64,000 nucleotides of DNA from an uncultured Acidobacteriota bacterium. Its GTDB lineage: Bacteria > Acidobacteriota > Blastocatellia > RBC074. Location of the stretch: contig CAVUOF010000001.1 of the NCBI GenBank assembly GCA_963743045.1, positions 25,821 through 89,820 of the forward strand. The letters run 5' to 3'. Made by a program: the position numbers and the translations under genes. Positions 38,329-49,702 of the stretch are shown piece after piece (within the stretch, counting starts at the first letter, position 1; every line of letters begins with the position of its first letter). The notes beneath the pieces are model-generated. The model was given only the letters and a program-made list of their open reading frames with translations, was not told where the DNA came from and did not search any database.

Positions 38329-40827
38329 ATGTGGCATGACCTTCGCTTCGGCGCTCGATTGCTGACGAAAAGGCCCGGCTTCGCTGCCATGGCGATCATT
38401 ACGCTGGCTCTCGGAATCGGCGCCAACGCCGCAATTTTCAGCGTGGTCAATGCCGTCCTTCTCAATCCTCTTCCCTACGAAGAGCCCGGCAAGCTCGTCA
38501 TGCTCTGGGAAAGCAGTCCTCGACGCGGCGTGGAACAGGAAAAAGTGACCCTCCCGAATCTTACGGAGTGGCGGGAACAGACGCATGCGTTCGACGACGT
38601 CGGATATTGGAGCGGTAGCGGAAGCTTCAACCTCCTGACTGGCGCCGGAACCGAGAAAGCGAACTGCACCTATGCGGTCTCGAGCCTCTTTACCACCCTT
38701 CGCGCACGACCTCTCCTCGGCAGAATTTTTACGCCCGATGAAGATAAGAAGAATGGTGATCGCACTGCGATCGTCAGCTACGAGTTCTGGCAGCGGCGTC
38801 TGGCTTCAGATCCGAACGTGCTCGGCAGGACTCTGACGATCGACACCTTCGGGCGGCGTGAGTATTCAATTATCGGCGTCATGCCGGCTGGCTTCCACTT
38901 CCCCGCACAGTCTGAAATATGGCTCGCGGAAGGCTGGGATGGGCTTCCTCGAGATCGGCGGCAGGGACACTGGCTCTCGGTGGTCGCGCGGCTCAAGCCC
39001 GGGGTCACGGTTGCCCAGGCCCAGGGCGAGCTGAGCGCCATCCAGGGGCGCATCGAGAAGCAGTATCCCGAATTGCCGCTGGGCTCGCAGGTGTCGGTTG
39101 TTCCGCTGATCGAACAGACCATCGGACGCAACATGCAGCGCTCGCTACTGATACTCTGGGGCGTCGTCGCCTGCGTCCTGCTCATCGCCTGTGCCAATCT
39201 TGCGAGTCTGCTGCTTGCGCGGTCAGCGGAGCGCCAGAAAGAGATAGCCATTCGGCTCGCGCTTGGAGGCGGTCGATGGCGCCTGATTCGCCAGTTGCTT
39301 ACTGAGAGCCTGCTGCTCGCGCTGATCGGCGGAGGGCTTGGCATTCTGTTTGCCCTCTGGGGACTGAACCTACTGATCAGGTTCAATGCCGACTATGTCG
39401 CGAGACTAAGTGAGGCCGCCCTCGACGGGCCCGTCCTCGCCTTCACTCTTCTGATTTCGGTTGTCACCGGCATCCTCTTTGGCCTCCTGCCGGCATTGCA
39501 AAGCACGCGAGCAGGTCTCAACGTCGCATTGAAGGACAGCGGTAGAGGGTTGGCCGAGGGACTGCACCGCAGCCGCTTGCGAAGCACGCTGATAGCGTCG
39601 GAGGTCGCGCTATCGGTCGTGTTGCTCGTTGCCGCGGGGCTAATGCTGCGGAGCTTCGTCAACATGCTCGAGGTCGACCGCGGCTTTCGTCGCGATCATC
39701 TTTTGACGGCCGAGCTCGATTTTTCAGTATCCGCATTTTCGACATGGGTGCAGGCGACCGCCACGCGGCCCCAGGTTACGATCCAACAACTGATTGAAAG
39801 ACTCCAGCGCCATCCACAGGTACAATCCGTCGGCGCAATCAGCACTTCAGCCGGCGGCCAGATTACGATTGAAGATCGCCCTCCGGGTCCCACAAGCGAG
39901 CAGCCACAGCTTACATTCTGGGGAGTGACCCCTGACTACCTGCGGACCATGGGAATTCAACTGCTCACCGGAAGAGCCTTCACCGAGGGTGACAAGCTCG
40001 ACACTCCACGTGTCGCAATCATCAGCGAGTCCCTCGCGCGGCGCTGGTTTCCAAATGAAAACCCCATCGGCAAACGGTTCTATAACGGCAGGCTCAATCC
40101 GGGCCAATCACCTCCGCCGGATCGATGGGTCCCGCAAATATCGCCGTGGGTTGAGATCGTCGGTACAACCTCGGATGTCCGGACGCTGAACGTCGAGGCA
40201 AAGACGCGCAGTGATATCTACGTCCCATATTGGCAATGGCCGATGCAGACTCCAACCCTCGTCATCCGGACACGAGCGGAACCGATGAGTCTTGCGGCGG
40301 ACTTGAGAAACGAAGTCAAATCGGTGAATGCGAGCTTGCCTGTGCCGAAGATTCAGACGATGGATGATCGTTTGGTTGAATCCGTCGCCCAACCGCGCTT
40401 CCAGGCTCTCCTACTTGGACTCTTTGCAATTCTGGCGCTCACGCTGGTGGTTACCGGCGTGTACGGCGTCGTTTCGTATTCGGTGTCCCAACGGACACAT
40501 GAGATCGGTGTGCGTATGGCGCTCGGAGCTCAGGCGAAAGATGTCCTTCGCATGGTCCTCAGGCAAGGCATGATGCCGGCAGTAGTGGGAGTAGGCTTTG
40601 GCGCCCTGGCAGCTTTCCTCTCGACTCGACTGATGAGGAGCCTGCTGTTTGGTGTGAGCGAGAACGATCCGCTGACCTTCTTAGCGATTGGACTTCTTCT
40701 TCTGATGGTGGCCTTCCTGGCTTGCTGGCTGCCCGCCCGAAGTGCTGCAAGGGTAGACCCAATGGTGGCCCTGCGAGTCGGAATAGACTTTCTCCCGCAG
40801 GGTGTTGCTTTCTCCGCAATCCTGTAG
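38329..40827 (+). CDS. ADOP-family (acidobacterial duplicated orphan permease) MacB-like ABC permease with two FtsX domains and a MacB periplasmic domain.
   Basis: Intact 832-aa [48 protein letters not shown] is the typical ADOP N-terminus. There are two sets of four transmembrane helices. Confidence 0.75.
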   Translation: MWHDLRFGARLLTKRPGFAAMAIITLALGIGANAAIFSVVNAVLLNPLPYEEPGKLVMLWESSPRRGVEQEKVTLPNLTEWREQTHAFDDVGYWSGSGSFNLLTGAGTEKANCTYAVSSLFTTLRARPLLGRIFTPDEDKKNGDRTAIVSYEFWQRRLASDPNVLGRTLTIDTFGRREYSIIGVMPAGFHFPAQSEIWLAEGWDGLPRDRRQGHWLSVVARLKPGVTVAQAQGELSAIQGRIEKQYPELPLGSQVSVVPLIEQTIGRNMQRSLLILWGVVACVLLIACANLASLLLARSAERQKEIAIRLALGGGRWRLIRQLLTESLLLALIGGGLGILFALWGLNLLIRFNADYVARLSEAALDGPVLAFTLLISVVTGILFGLLPALQSTRAGLNVALKDSGRGLAEGLHRSRLRSTLIASEVALSVVLLVAAGLMLRSFVNMLEVDRGFRRDHLLTAELDFSVSAFSTWVQATATRPQVTIQQLIERLQRHPQVQSVGAISTSAGGQITIEDRPPGPTSEQPQLTFWGVTPDYLRTMGIQLLTGRAFTEGDKLDTPRVAIISESLARRWFPNENPIGKRFYNGRLNPGQSPPPDRWVPQISPWVEIVGTTSDVRTLNVEAKTRSDIYVPYWQWPMQTPTLVIRTRAEPMSLAADLRNEVKSVNASLPVPKIQTMDDRLVESVAQPRFQALLLGLFAILALTLVVTGVYGVVSYSVSQRTHEIGVRMALGAQAKDVLRMVLRQGMMPAVVGVGFGALAAFLSTRLMRSLLFGVSENDPLTFLAIGLLLLMVAFLACWLPARSAARVDPMVALRVGIDFLPQGVAFSAIL

Positions 40828-40970
40828 GGGCAGGGCTTGTCCCTGCCCGTCCCGCGCCGTCTGCCGCGGGTAACATTTCAAGGGGGCCGTACAAGGTGAA
40901 ATCGCATCCGCGAATCGTTACCCGCGCCAGACGGCGCGGGACGGGCAGGGACAAGCCCTGCCCCTACAAC
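40824..40970. mobile_element. MITE-like element, family A (R-unit, 44-bp spacer, F-unit). Its first bases overlap the permease stop codon.
   Basis: gtaggggcagggcttgtccctgcccgtcccgcgccgtctgccgcgggtaa ... ttacccgcgccagacggcgcgggacgggcagggacaagccctgcccctacaac. Confidence 0.6.
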
Positions 40971-41000
40971 GTGGCATCGTAGGGGCGGCTCGCGAGCCAC

Positions 41001-41441
41001 TCACGATTGATGTCCGGCGGTCACTTTCACAACTTTTGCGATCTGCTTCGTAGGATTTCCTTCGAGCTCCCGCTCGGCACGTGACTTCGGCAGCTCTCTA
41101 CCGAGATCCTCGCCGGCAACCCAGATTTGCGAGAGGAAATACCGGTCGCCGACCTCGTTAAAGACGAGTTCCGTCTGCCTGGGGATTTGCCGCGAATAGG
41201 TGTTTTCGACGCCGAAAAAGACGGCTGCGTGCCTGTCATCGCTTCGAATCAGCATCATGCCTGGAGTATTTTCAGCGCGGCTGATGGTGTAATCGCCGGC
41301 AGGCAGTATGCGATTGCCTGCGGTGAACTCGAATGGGATACTCGCGATGACGCGTTCTTCAGACTGCCCGTAGACCGTAGGAAGTGCGACGAGCACGACG
41401 CACCCCAGAATTCCAAGTAACGTACCCGATCTCTTCTTCAT
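41001..41441 (-). CDS. Secreted hypothetical protein.
   Basis: 146-aa protein with signal peptide MKKRSGTLLGILGCVVLVALPTVYGQ. No domain recognised. Confidence 0.4.
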   Translation of the reverse strand: MKKRSGTLLGILGCVVLVALPTVYGQSEERVIASIPFEFTAGNRILPAGDYTISRAENTPGMMLIRSDDRHAAVFFGVENTYSRQIPRQTELVFNEVGDRYFLSQIWVAGEDLGRELPKSRAERELEGNPTKQIAKVVKVTAGHQS

Positions 41442-41777
41442 TTCTCCTCCTCCTCTTTGAGTCTCAGCTTGACAGGCAAATCCGATAGAGCGAGAGGCTC
41501 GACAATATAAGCACTACGAGTATCACTCCGATGATGATCAATAGCCTGTTCATAGTCAGTTGGAGCGGACGGCTCCTGTCGCTCTCCATCGCTACCCAAC
41601 CTCCGGCCAGCAGCAGCAAACCGCCGCGCTCCACTGGTCACTAGTGCAAGGAGTGTGCCGTGAACTCCGGGATCGCAAGGTGCAATCCAGGCTGTGTTTG
41701 TGGGGTTCTGAGACCTGCCGACCGGGACAGCTTTGCGAGTTTCCGCAAACCTGTCCTCTTCAAGTCAATCGGTCTCT

Positions 41778-43160
41778 TCAGTGTCGGTTGGCTTGAGGGA
41801 GTAGCGGTCCAGACATGCGCGTCATCGTTCGCCGGTCGACTCCCATGATCTCCGCCGTCTTCATGCGGCTTCCGCCGACACTCTCCAGCACAAACACCAG
41901 GTATCGACGCTGAAGCTCATCGAGGGTCGGAAGATCGTCGAAAGTCGAGCGGACGCGCCTCTCTCGTTCAGTGGATTGATGGTGATTCAGAATACGGGGA
42001 GGAAGAACCTCGGGAACAATCTTCGAGCCGCGCGCGTAGATTGCCGCGTGCTCGAGGGTGTTCTCCAGCTCGCGGACGTTGCCGGGCCATTCATACTCCT
42101 CAAAGAGCTTGAGAACCTCGTCCGAAATGCTCGTCGGATTTACTCCCGACCGCCTCGGATGCTTGAGCAGGTGAGCAGCAAGAAGCGGGATATCTTCGCG
42201 GCGCTCGCGGAGAGGTGGCACAAGCAATGAGACCACATTGAGACGATAGTAGAGGTCCTCTCTGAATCGTCCTGCCTGAACCTCGCGTTCAAGGTCCCGG
42301 TTGGTCGCAGCAAGCACTCGCGCGTCGACGCGAATAGCCTTTGCGCCGCCTACACGGCGGACCTCGCCCTCCTGCAATGCTCGCAGCAGCTTGACCTGCA
42401 GAGCCGAGCTGGTCTCGCCGATCTCATCGAGAAAGATCGTTCCACCGCTCGCCTCTTCGAAGAGGCCTCGTTTATCACTCACTGCTCCGGTGAAGCTGCC
42501 CCTCGTGTGGCCGAAGAGCTCGGCTTCGAGAAGTGTCTCGGTGAGTGCGCCGCAATTGACTGTGACGAATGGTCCTGCGCTCCTCGGACTGTTGAGATGG
42601 ATGGCCCGCGCGACAAGCTCCTTGCCGGTGCCCGATTCTCCGGTTACCAGGACAGTCGAGTCCGACGGCGCGACGAGCGCGATCTGTTTATATATCTCGA
42701 TCATCTTCGGGCTGTGACCGATGAGCCCGGCTGCTTCGGGGTGGCCGGATTTGAGAACCGCCGCAGGTTCTGCGAGGTCCTCTCGTTTGAGCGCGCGGCG
42801 AGCGGTACCAATCACTTCGTTGACATCGAACGGCTTGCTGACATAGTCGAAGGCTCCTTCACGAACCGCAGCAACGGCAGTCTCGAGACTCCCGAACCCG
42901 CTGATCAGGACTACCTCGGAGCCCGGCGAAACCTGTTTGAACTCCTTCAACAGTGCAACGCCGTTGGTTCGTCCACCGAGATTGATGTCGCTGACTATAA
43001 GATCGAAATGCGATTGCGCCACTGCAGCGGATGCATCTTCGGCAGTCTGCCTGGCCGTCACCTCCCAACCTTCTTCCGAAAAGATGTCAGTCAGAAACTC
43101 ACAAGTCTCGAAATCGTCATCAATCACCAGAATCTGTTTCATGTGTTTCATCTGTTTCAA
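41778..43160 (-). CDS. Sigma-54-dependent response regulator (NtrC family: REC, AAA+ sigma54 activator, HTH).
   Basis: REC domain (ILVIDDDFETCEF...DLIVSDINL), GESGTGKE Walker A, GAFTGA-like FTGA loop and a C-terminal Fis-type HTH. Confidence 0.75.
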   Translation of the reverse strand: MKQMKHMKQILVIDDDFETCEFLTDIFSEEGWEVTARQTAEDASAAVAQSHFDLIVSDINLGGRTNGVALLKEFKQVSPGSEVVLISGFGSLETAVAAVREGAFDYVSKPFDVNEVIGTARRALKREDLAEPAAVLKSGHPEAAGLIGHSPKMIEIYKQIALVAPSDSTVLVTGESGTGKELVARAIHLNSPRSAGPFVTVNCGALTETLLEAELFGHTRGSFTGAVSDKRGLFEEASGGTIFLDEIGETSSALQVKLLRALQEGEVRRVGGAKAIRVDARVLAATNRDLEREVQAGRFREDLYYRLNVVSLLVPPLRERREDIPLLAAHLLKHPRRSGVNPTSISDEVLKLFEEYEWPGNVRELENTLEHAAIYARGSKIVPEVLPPRILNHHQSTERERRVRSTFDDLPTLDELQRRYLVFVLESVGGSRMKTAEIMGVDRRTMTRMSGPLLPQANRH

Positions 43161-44835
43161 TAGGGTCTCTCGGCGGTCTCGAGTTGAGCACCACCGTTTG
43201 CTCCCACCGGCGTCGACCAGGCTAACGGTAGCCTGATATGGAAAACGGTGCCCTTTCCGGGCACGCTTTCGACGGCGATCGTACCGCCATGTTCCGAAAT
43301 AATCTGTTGGACCACTGTCATACCGAGTCCGGTGCCGCGGCTCTCCTTTGTCGTAAAGAGCGGTTCGAAGATCATATCGAGCTGTTCGGGTTCTATCCCT
43401 TCACCGGTGTCGGCAATGTCGATGACGATTCCACTCAACTCAGATCTGCTCGCGACAGACAGGACGCCTCCCTCCGGCATGGCATCGAGGCTGTTGTTGA
43501 TTAGATTGAAGAAGACCTGTTGCAGCTGATCGGGATCGACCTGAATCTGCGGGAGCGCGACGGCAAGATCGGTACGGAGCTCGACACGGTGTGCTGCAAG
43601 TGTCGGCTGAGCCGCTTCGAAGATATTGTTGAGCAGCGAATTGATATCCGTCGGCTCCAATTGAAGGCCGGGGCGTCGCGTCGAATCGAGCATCGACCTG
43701 ACGATCTGAGTGATCCGCTTAATCTGCGCGGCCACGACATTGAGGCGCCTGATCGAACGCTCGTCCCGGGCACGGGCCCGCAGCACCTGCACGTGGCCTG
43801 AGATGAGATTGAGGGGTGTCCCCACCTCATGGGCAAATTGGGCGGCCAGCTGTCCGGTGGCCGCGAGGCTCTCCAGCTGAGCCAGCTGGCGCTGCAACTC
43901 GAAAAGCGTCCGATTGGCCTGCTCGAGCTGCTGTTTCCTGCCCTCGAGCTCGGCGGTTGCCTCACAGACTCGAGCCTTGAGACTGTTCTGCTCGAGCTCG
44001 AGCTGACTGGTAATCTGCCTGATGCGGTTGAGCATCCGGTCGAAACGTGAAGCGAGCAATCCGATCTCGTCGGGCGCCTGCTGGTCGGTTTCCTGAGCCA
44101 GGTTTCCGGCTTCCGCCTCCGCCATGCTCAGCAGCAGCCTGTCAATTGGCTGATAGACAAGATGCCGGAACAGAAAGTAGGTGATTAGCGTAATTGCGAC
44201 GATCGCAAGACCCATGAGCGGCCAGATCAGGCGACCGAGTTTTGTGGCGACACTCACCGTCTCATCGAAACTGAGAACGACGGCAGCTGTTCCGATCTGC
44301 GCCGCCCCCTGATGTGACAAGGGTGAAACTACCGGCGCCACGGCACTAATCAGCTTGCGTCTTCCAAGATCACGGATCGATGTTACACGGATGCCTTTGA
44401 TCTCCGCTCGGCCGCTCGGGCATCGTTAATTGAGGGCGGCCCGGCGCCTGCGGGAAGACGGACGGCCTCTTCCCATTGATCCGGGCCCGTCTGGTAGAAG
44501 ACTCGCACCTCGGAGAGCTGCGGATTGCTCTTGATGATGGTGTCGATGATGTCTTCCCTGACTTCGTCCCAATCCAGCTTGAGCGAGGCAGCAGGCGTCT
44601 GCCTTTGTGCTTTAGGAACGTGCTTCACGTGATAACCGACTGTGTCGGCTACCTGGGCAGCAAAGAGCTGTGTTTGCTCCTGTTCCTGTTGTTCGCTGAG
44701 GTTGATCGTCGCCAGATTTGTGAAGTAGGCAATGACTGCAAAGACTGCAAGCAGCACCGCCGAGATCATGATCACCGTCTTGGTGTGCAGCTTGAGCGGA
44801 ACAAATCTCAAGGAGGCGATCAGTCGCATTGCCAT
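43157..44835 (-). CDS. Sensor histidine kinase (TM, periplasmic domain, TM, HisKA, HATPase_c). The N-terminal sensor ORF is probably joined by a frameshift near 44380.
   Basis: ORF 43157..44341 has H-box HEVGTPLN and N/G boxes. ORF 44383..44835 supplies the first TM and a ~110-aa periplasmic segment. There is a 4-nt overlap with the regulator gene. Confidence 0.6.
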
Positions 44836-45027
44836 CTATTATATCGCTGATAGTCGTGCCAATGCGCGACCTGGGAGCCCGGCAAGCCGAGATGGCCACA
44901 AAAACGTCGAGGCCAATCGGGATTTGCGTCTGTGCGTGCATTCACCCGGATTATCCACCACAGGCTTGCGCTTCTGTGCTTTTTGTGGCTAACATCTTCG
45001 GTCGCACAGAGAGGCCGCACTCCATAT

Positions 45028-46179
45028 TCAAAACCGAAATGTCGACTTGACTGGCTTCCTGGAGCGTCCGTTGAGAGGCACGGCTGCGCCCTCGCTCGGA
45101 ATATCCCCTGGTAAAATCGGCCTCTCCGGCAGGACATAACTCATGTCCAGATACTTACCTTCTCGAAATACCCTCAACTGAACCTTCGATCCTACTTTCA
45201 AATTCTCAAGAACCTGAATGATTGCGTCCGGAGAATTGAGGGCGTTCCCGTCAATGCTGGTGATGATGTCACCACCAATCAATATGTCGCGCGTCGCGAT
45301 CGTAAACTCCAGCGACCCTCCGTGAAGACCCACGTTCTCTGCCGGACTACCAGGTTCCACAGCCTCAACAAGAAAACCGATGTCGAGAGGAACTCTCAGC
45401 AGTTTCTGAAGGTCGCTGTCAACAAACTGTCCGTGTATGCCCAGCCATGGCCGCGTCAGGTGCCCCTGTGCGATGAGCGAAGGAATGACCGCCTTGGCAA
45501 GGTTGATGGGAACCGCAAATCCAATGTTCTGCGCATCCGGAATGATTGCCGTAGTAATGCCAATCACCTCGCCACACCGGTTGAGCAAAGGACCACCGGA
45601 GTTGCCCGGGTTGATCGGAACATCGACCTGAAGAAGCGGCTCCTGAAGGGAAAACCCATTTTCCGGAAGGATGCGATTGATCGCCGAAACAATTCCGCGA
45701 GTCAGGGTCTGATCCAGGCCAAGCGGATTGCCGATCGCCAGCGCCTCCTCGCCGACGTGCACTCGATCGGAGTCCCCGAGTGTGACGAGCGGAAGCGTGC
45801 CGCCATCGGGCTTCGGAATCCTCAAAACGGCGATATCAAAGATAGGATCGGCTCCGACGAGCTGCGCAGGCAGACTTGTGCCGTCATCCAGCGTAACAAT
45901 CAGCATCTGGCGTCCAAAGGCCACGTGAGCATTGGTCAGAATCAATCCTGACGGGTCAAAGATGAAGCCTGAGCCGACAACATGTTCAACGCGATCAGAG
46001 AGACGATACGGATTGATCGAAGTCGCGTAGATGAAGACGACGGCAGGCGACACACGATCGTAGACCGTCGGAATTGGCGTCGAGCACTCAGCGGCGATAG
46101 CCGGCACTCCCGTTAGACAAAGCAGAAAAAGAATGGCGATCAACTTTTCTGATCTATGGCCCGATCTATTGTTTGCCAA
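45028..46179 (-). CDS. HtrA/DegP-like periplasmic serine protease (trypsin S1C) with a PDZ domain.
   Basis: GSGFIFDPSGLILTNAHV, D..., GNSGGPLLN catalytic triad context. A C-terminal PDZ domain. N-terminal signal peptide. Confidence 0.7.
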   Translation of the reverse strand: MANNRSGHRSEKLIAILFLLCLTGVPAIAAECSTPIPTVYDRVSPAVVFIYATSINPYRLSDRVEHVVGSGFIFDPSGLILTNAHVAFGRQMLIVTLDDGTSLPAQLVGADPIFDIAVLRIPKPDGGTLPLVTLGDSDRVHVGEEALAIGNPLGLDQTLTRGIVSAINRILPENGFSLQEPLLQVDVPINPGNSGGPLLNRCGEVIGITTAIIPDAQNIGFAVPINLAKAVIPSLIAQGHLTRPWLGIHGQFVDSDLQKLLRVPLDIGFLVEAVEPGSPAENVGLHGGSLEFTIATRDILIGGDIITSIDGNALNSPDAIIQVLENLKVGSKVQLRVFREGKYLDMSYVLPERPILPGDIPSEGAAVPLNGRSRKPVKSTFRF

Positions 46180-46432
46180 AGTGTCCCTCGCTTAGCAAAA
46201 GAGTCTCGTCATTGGATGCCCTCAAAGACCACGAACGACTTTGAGGATTCGCTTACAATCGCGTTTGATCATCGGTCCTTGCACTCAACTCCAACATTCA
46301 TCGAGGGGGCAACGCAGAAACGCGAACAAGAGCGGCCCAACCTCTGCGTTATCTAACCTCTGACAAATTGAGCAACTGTCATACCAGCAGCCTGTCTGGC
46401 TGCGGCATCAAGTTTGCCCTCCAACGCGAGTC

Positions 46433-49378
46433 ATGGTTATCAGGCTGCTGCGACTGCTGTCCGCCGCAATTGGCGTGTCGCTTTTCATCGCTCCGATCGT
46501 TGCCCCTCCGATCGTTGCCCAGACGACCATTGGGCTCCGCGGCCAGGTAGCCGACGAGTCAGGGGCAGTAATTCCCGGCGCTCAGGTATCGCTGATCGAT
46601 GCTCGCGGCAAGCAGCGGAATGCCGTTGCCGGCTCCAGCGGTGAATTTGTGATTGCCAACGTCGTGCCGGGAACCTACACGCTACGTGTCAGCTTCAAGG
46701 GCTTCGATACTTACGTGAATAACGATGTCGAGGTGACTGCGTCATCCAGCGCACCGCTGAAGATCACTCTCAAGGTTCAGCCTGTGAGCGCTGAAACAGA
46801 GGTCACAGCCAATGGCGCCGGGGTATCGGTTGAGCCGGATCAGAACATGAACGTCACGGTCCTCGACGAAGATTTCATTCAGACGCTGCCGGACAATGAG
46901 GATGATCTGCGTGATTTCCTTCAGGCGCTTGCCGGGCCGGCTGCCGGCGGGGCCAATGGCGGCCAGGGCGGAGCGCAGATATATATCGATGGGTTCGAAG
47001 GCGGCCGGCTTCCACCACGTGATGCGATTCTTCAGATCCGTATCAACCAGAATCCTTTCTCTGCCGAGTTTGCACATCCGGGCGTCAGCCGTATTGACAT
47101 CATCACAAAACCGGGGAGCGACCAATGGCATGGCGGCGGGACATTTAGTCTGCGCAATTCGGCACTCGATGCGCGGAACGCCTTTGCCATCGAAAAGCCT
47201 GAACTGGACCAGCAGAGATATACCTTCCTTCTGAGCGGCCCAATCGTTCCCAAGAAAGCTTCGTTCTTCGCCAACTTTGAGCGCCGCCAACTGGACGGCA
47301 GCGGCGTCGTCAATGCGGTAACGCTCGACGGGCCATTCGTCGCCAACGTCCCTGCTCCGACGACACTCGACATTCTTTGGTCTGCGTACCGACTACTTTC
47401 TCAACCCGAAAAACACGCTCAACATTTCTTACAACTACCACGCCTCCGAATCTGAAAATCAGGAATTCGGAGTTCGGTTTGGAGGCAATTTCGGCGGGTC
47501 GTCCGGCAGCCAGTTCACGCTGCCCGAGCGTGGTTCAGATGCGACCAACACGAACCATACACTGCAAATATCGGAGACTTATCTGATCAATGCGAACCTG
47601 ATTCACGAGTCGCGGCTGCGTTACCAGCATGAGGTGAGCACGGCTACCGCCGATACGCAGGGTGTCGCGATCAACGTTCTCGATTCATTCAACGGGGGCG
47701 GCTCGCCGTGCTGTCCAAGCAAAACGCGGCTCGACCAGCTCGACTGGCAGGACTACCTGACATGGACTCACAAGAAACATACGATCAAGGGCGGCTTTCA
47801 GCTGGAGTACGACAACGATCGCAATCTGGCCGCCACCAATTTCAACGGCACTTACACCTTTTCCAGCCTCGCGCAATACAGCAATGTGATCAACGGCATT
47901 GATGTGCCACTCGATCCCACTGATCCGAACAGCCCGCTCGTTGCTGCGCGTCCAACCCAGTTCACAATCAATCGTGGTGATCCGCTCGTGCGATACAACC
48001 AGTACGAGGCTGCCTGGTTTGTTCAGGATGACTTCCGATTGCGTCCGAATTTGACTCTCTCGCTTGGCCTGCGTCACGAATTTCAATCGCACTTGCAGGA
48101 CAAGATCAATTTCGCGCCGCGGTTTGGTATCGCGTGGTCGCCCTTCGCAGACCGTAAAACGACCATCAGGCTTGGAGGGGGCATCTTTTTCGCGAGGCTG
48201 ACTTCGAGCCTGTACGAAGATACGCTGCGTTATAACGGGACGACCGTGCAGAGCATAGTCATTCGCAATCCGCTCTGGCCCGATCCGTTTGCCGGCAGTC
48301 CGCTGGTCGATCCTGGAAATACGATAATCAGGACTCTCGAGCCGAACCTTGAAGCGCCATATGTCATCAACTTCATGGGAAGCATCGAGCACCAGCTGCC
48401 ACGCGGCTTCCTTGTCTCAGCAAGCTATATCTTCACGCGCGGGGTTCATCAGCTTCGCTCTCGAAATATCAATGCACCGCTCCGGATAGTCTACTGCGGC
48501 CCGATCCAGGCGAGGGGAACGTCTATCAGATCGAATCTTCCGCAAGCTCTCTGTATGAGGGCCTGATGGTTCACATTGATCGCCGATTCGGGCGGTCTTT
48601 TACTCTCTTCAGCAACTACACACTCTCCCACACGATGAACGATTCGGACGGACCGCTCTCGCTACCGGCCGATAACTACAATCTGAGATCCTGAATGGGG
48701 ACCGGCCTCGACCGAACGTCGAAATTATCTCTTCGTCGGCGGGAGCGTGTCGCTGCCCCACGGGTTACGACTGACTCCGTTTGTGGTTGCTTCTTCGGGC
48801 GGCCCCTTCAACATCACGACAGGATTCGACGAGAACCTTGACACGGTGATCAACGACAGGCCGGCCGGCATCGACCGGAACTCCAGTCTGCCGGCGAGTC
48901 TCTATCCGCTGCTGCCGGAGAGGCTGATCCTGCCTCCCGGGAGCACGACGCCAGTCCTTTTGCGTGATTACCTTGAGGCCAATTTCCCCAACGGCATAAC
49001 CGCAATCGGTCCCGGCCTTTTCACGATCAACCTGGGTCTGAGCAAGACCTTCGGCTTCGGTCACAGCGACCGGGCATCGACTCCGGCGGGTTCTTCAGGA
49101 GCGGGCCAGGGTGGGAGAGGAATGGGAGGACCCGCGTGGAGGTTTTGGTGGCGGTGGCCGGGGAGGCGGAGGAGGCGGCGGCGGACGAGGCGATGGTGGA
49201 AGCGGAATCCCCGAAGGATCGCGCTATTCACTGACGCTCTCGGCTCAGATCACCAATCTTTTGAATCACGTCAACTATGGGCAGTTCAGCGGCGTGCTCA
49301 CGTCGCCGTTTTTCGATATGCCGAGCAGCGCGGCCCCTGCGCGCCAGTTCGAGCTTAGTTTGAAATTCAATTTCTGAT
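46433..49378 (+). CDS. TonB-dependent receptor-like outer-membrane protein with an N-terminal CarbopepD_reg domain, at least three frameshifts.
   Basis: ORFs 46433..47455, 47634..48566 and 48747..49358 together give signal peptide plus GLRGQVADESGAVIPGAQVSL (CarbopepD_reg) plus plug and barrel. The gene ends ...FELSLKFNF*, a C-terminal aromatic residue. Confidence 0.55.
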
Positions 49379-49702
49379 TCGATTCAGATTCAGGGCATGG
49401 CACTCCATGACGTCGAAGTGGTGCTTCTGCACCCGAGGGATGCCAGAAGGTAGCCAGGGGCAAGCGAAGTGCAGCCCCTGGAATCACGTCCGAAGAACCG
49501 CGTCCTGAAGGGACGCCAGACCTGACAAGTTGGTAATCGCGAGCGGTCTCGCGCCCCTTCAGGGCGCAGGTCTTCTTCGCTGGGCAATCCAGGGGCTGCG
49601 CTTCGCTTGCCCCTGGCTACCCTCTCGCATCCCTAACGGGATGCCCAGAACAGGATTGGCGACGATTTTGAGACAGTTTGATCAAGAAATGGGGAGGTAG
49701 AT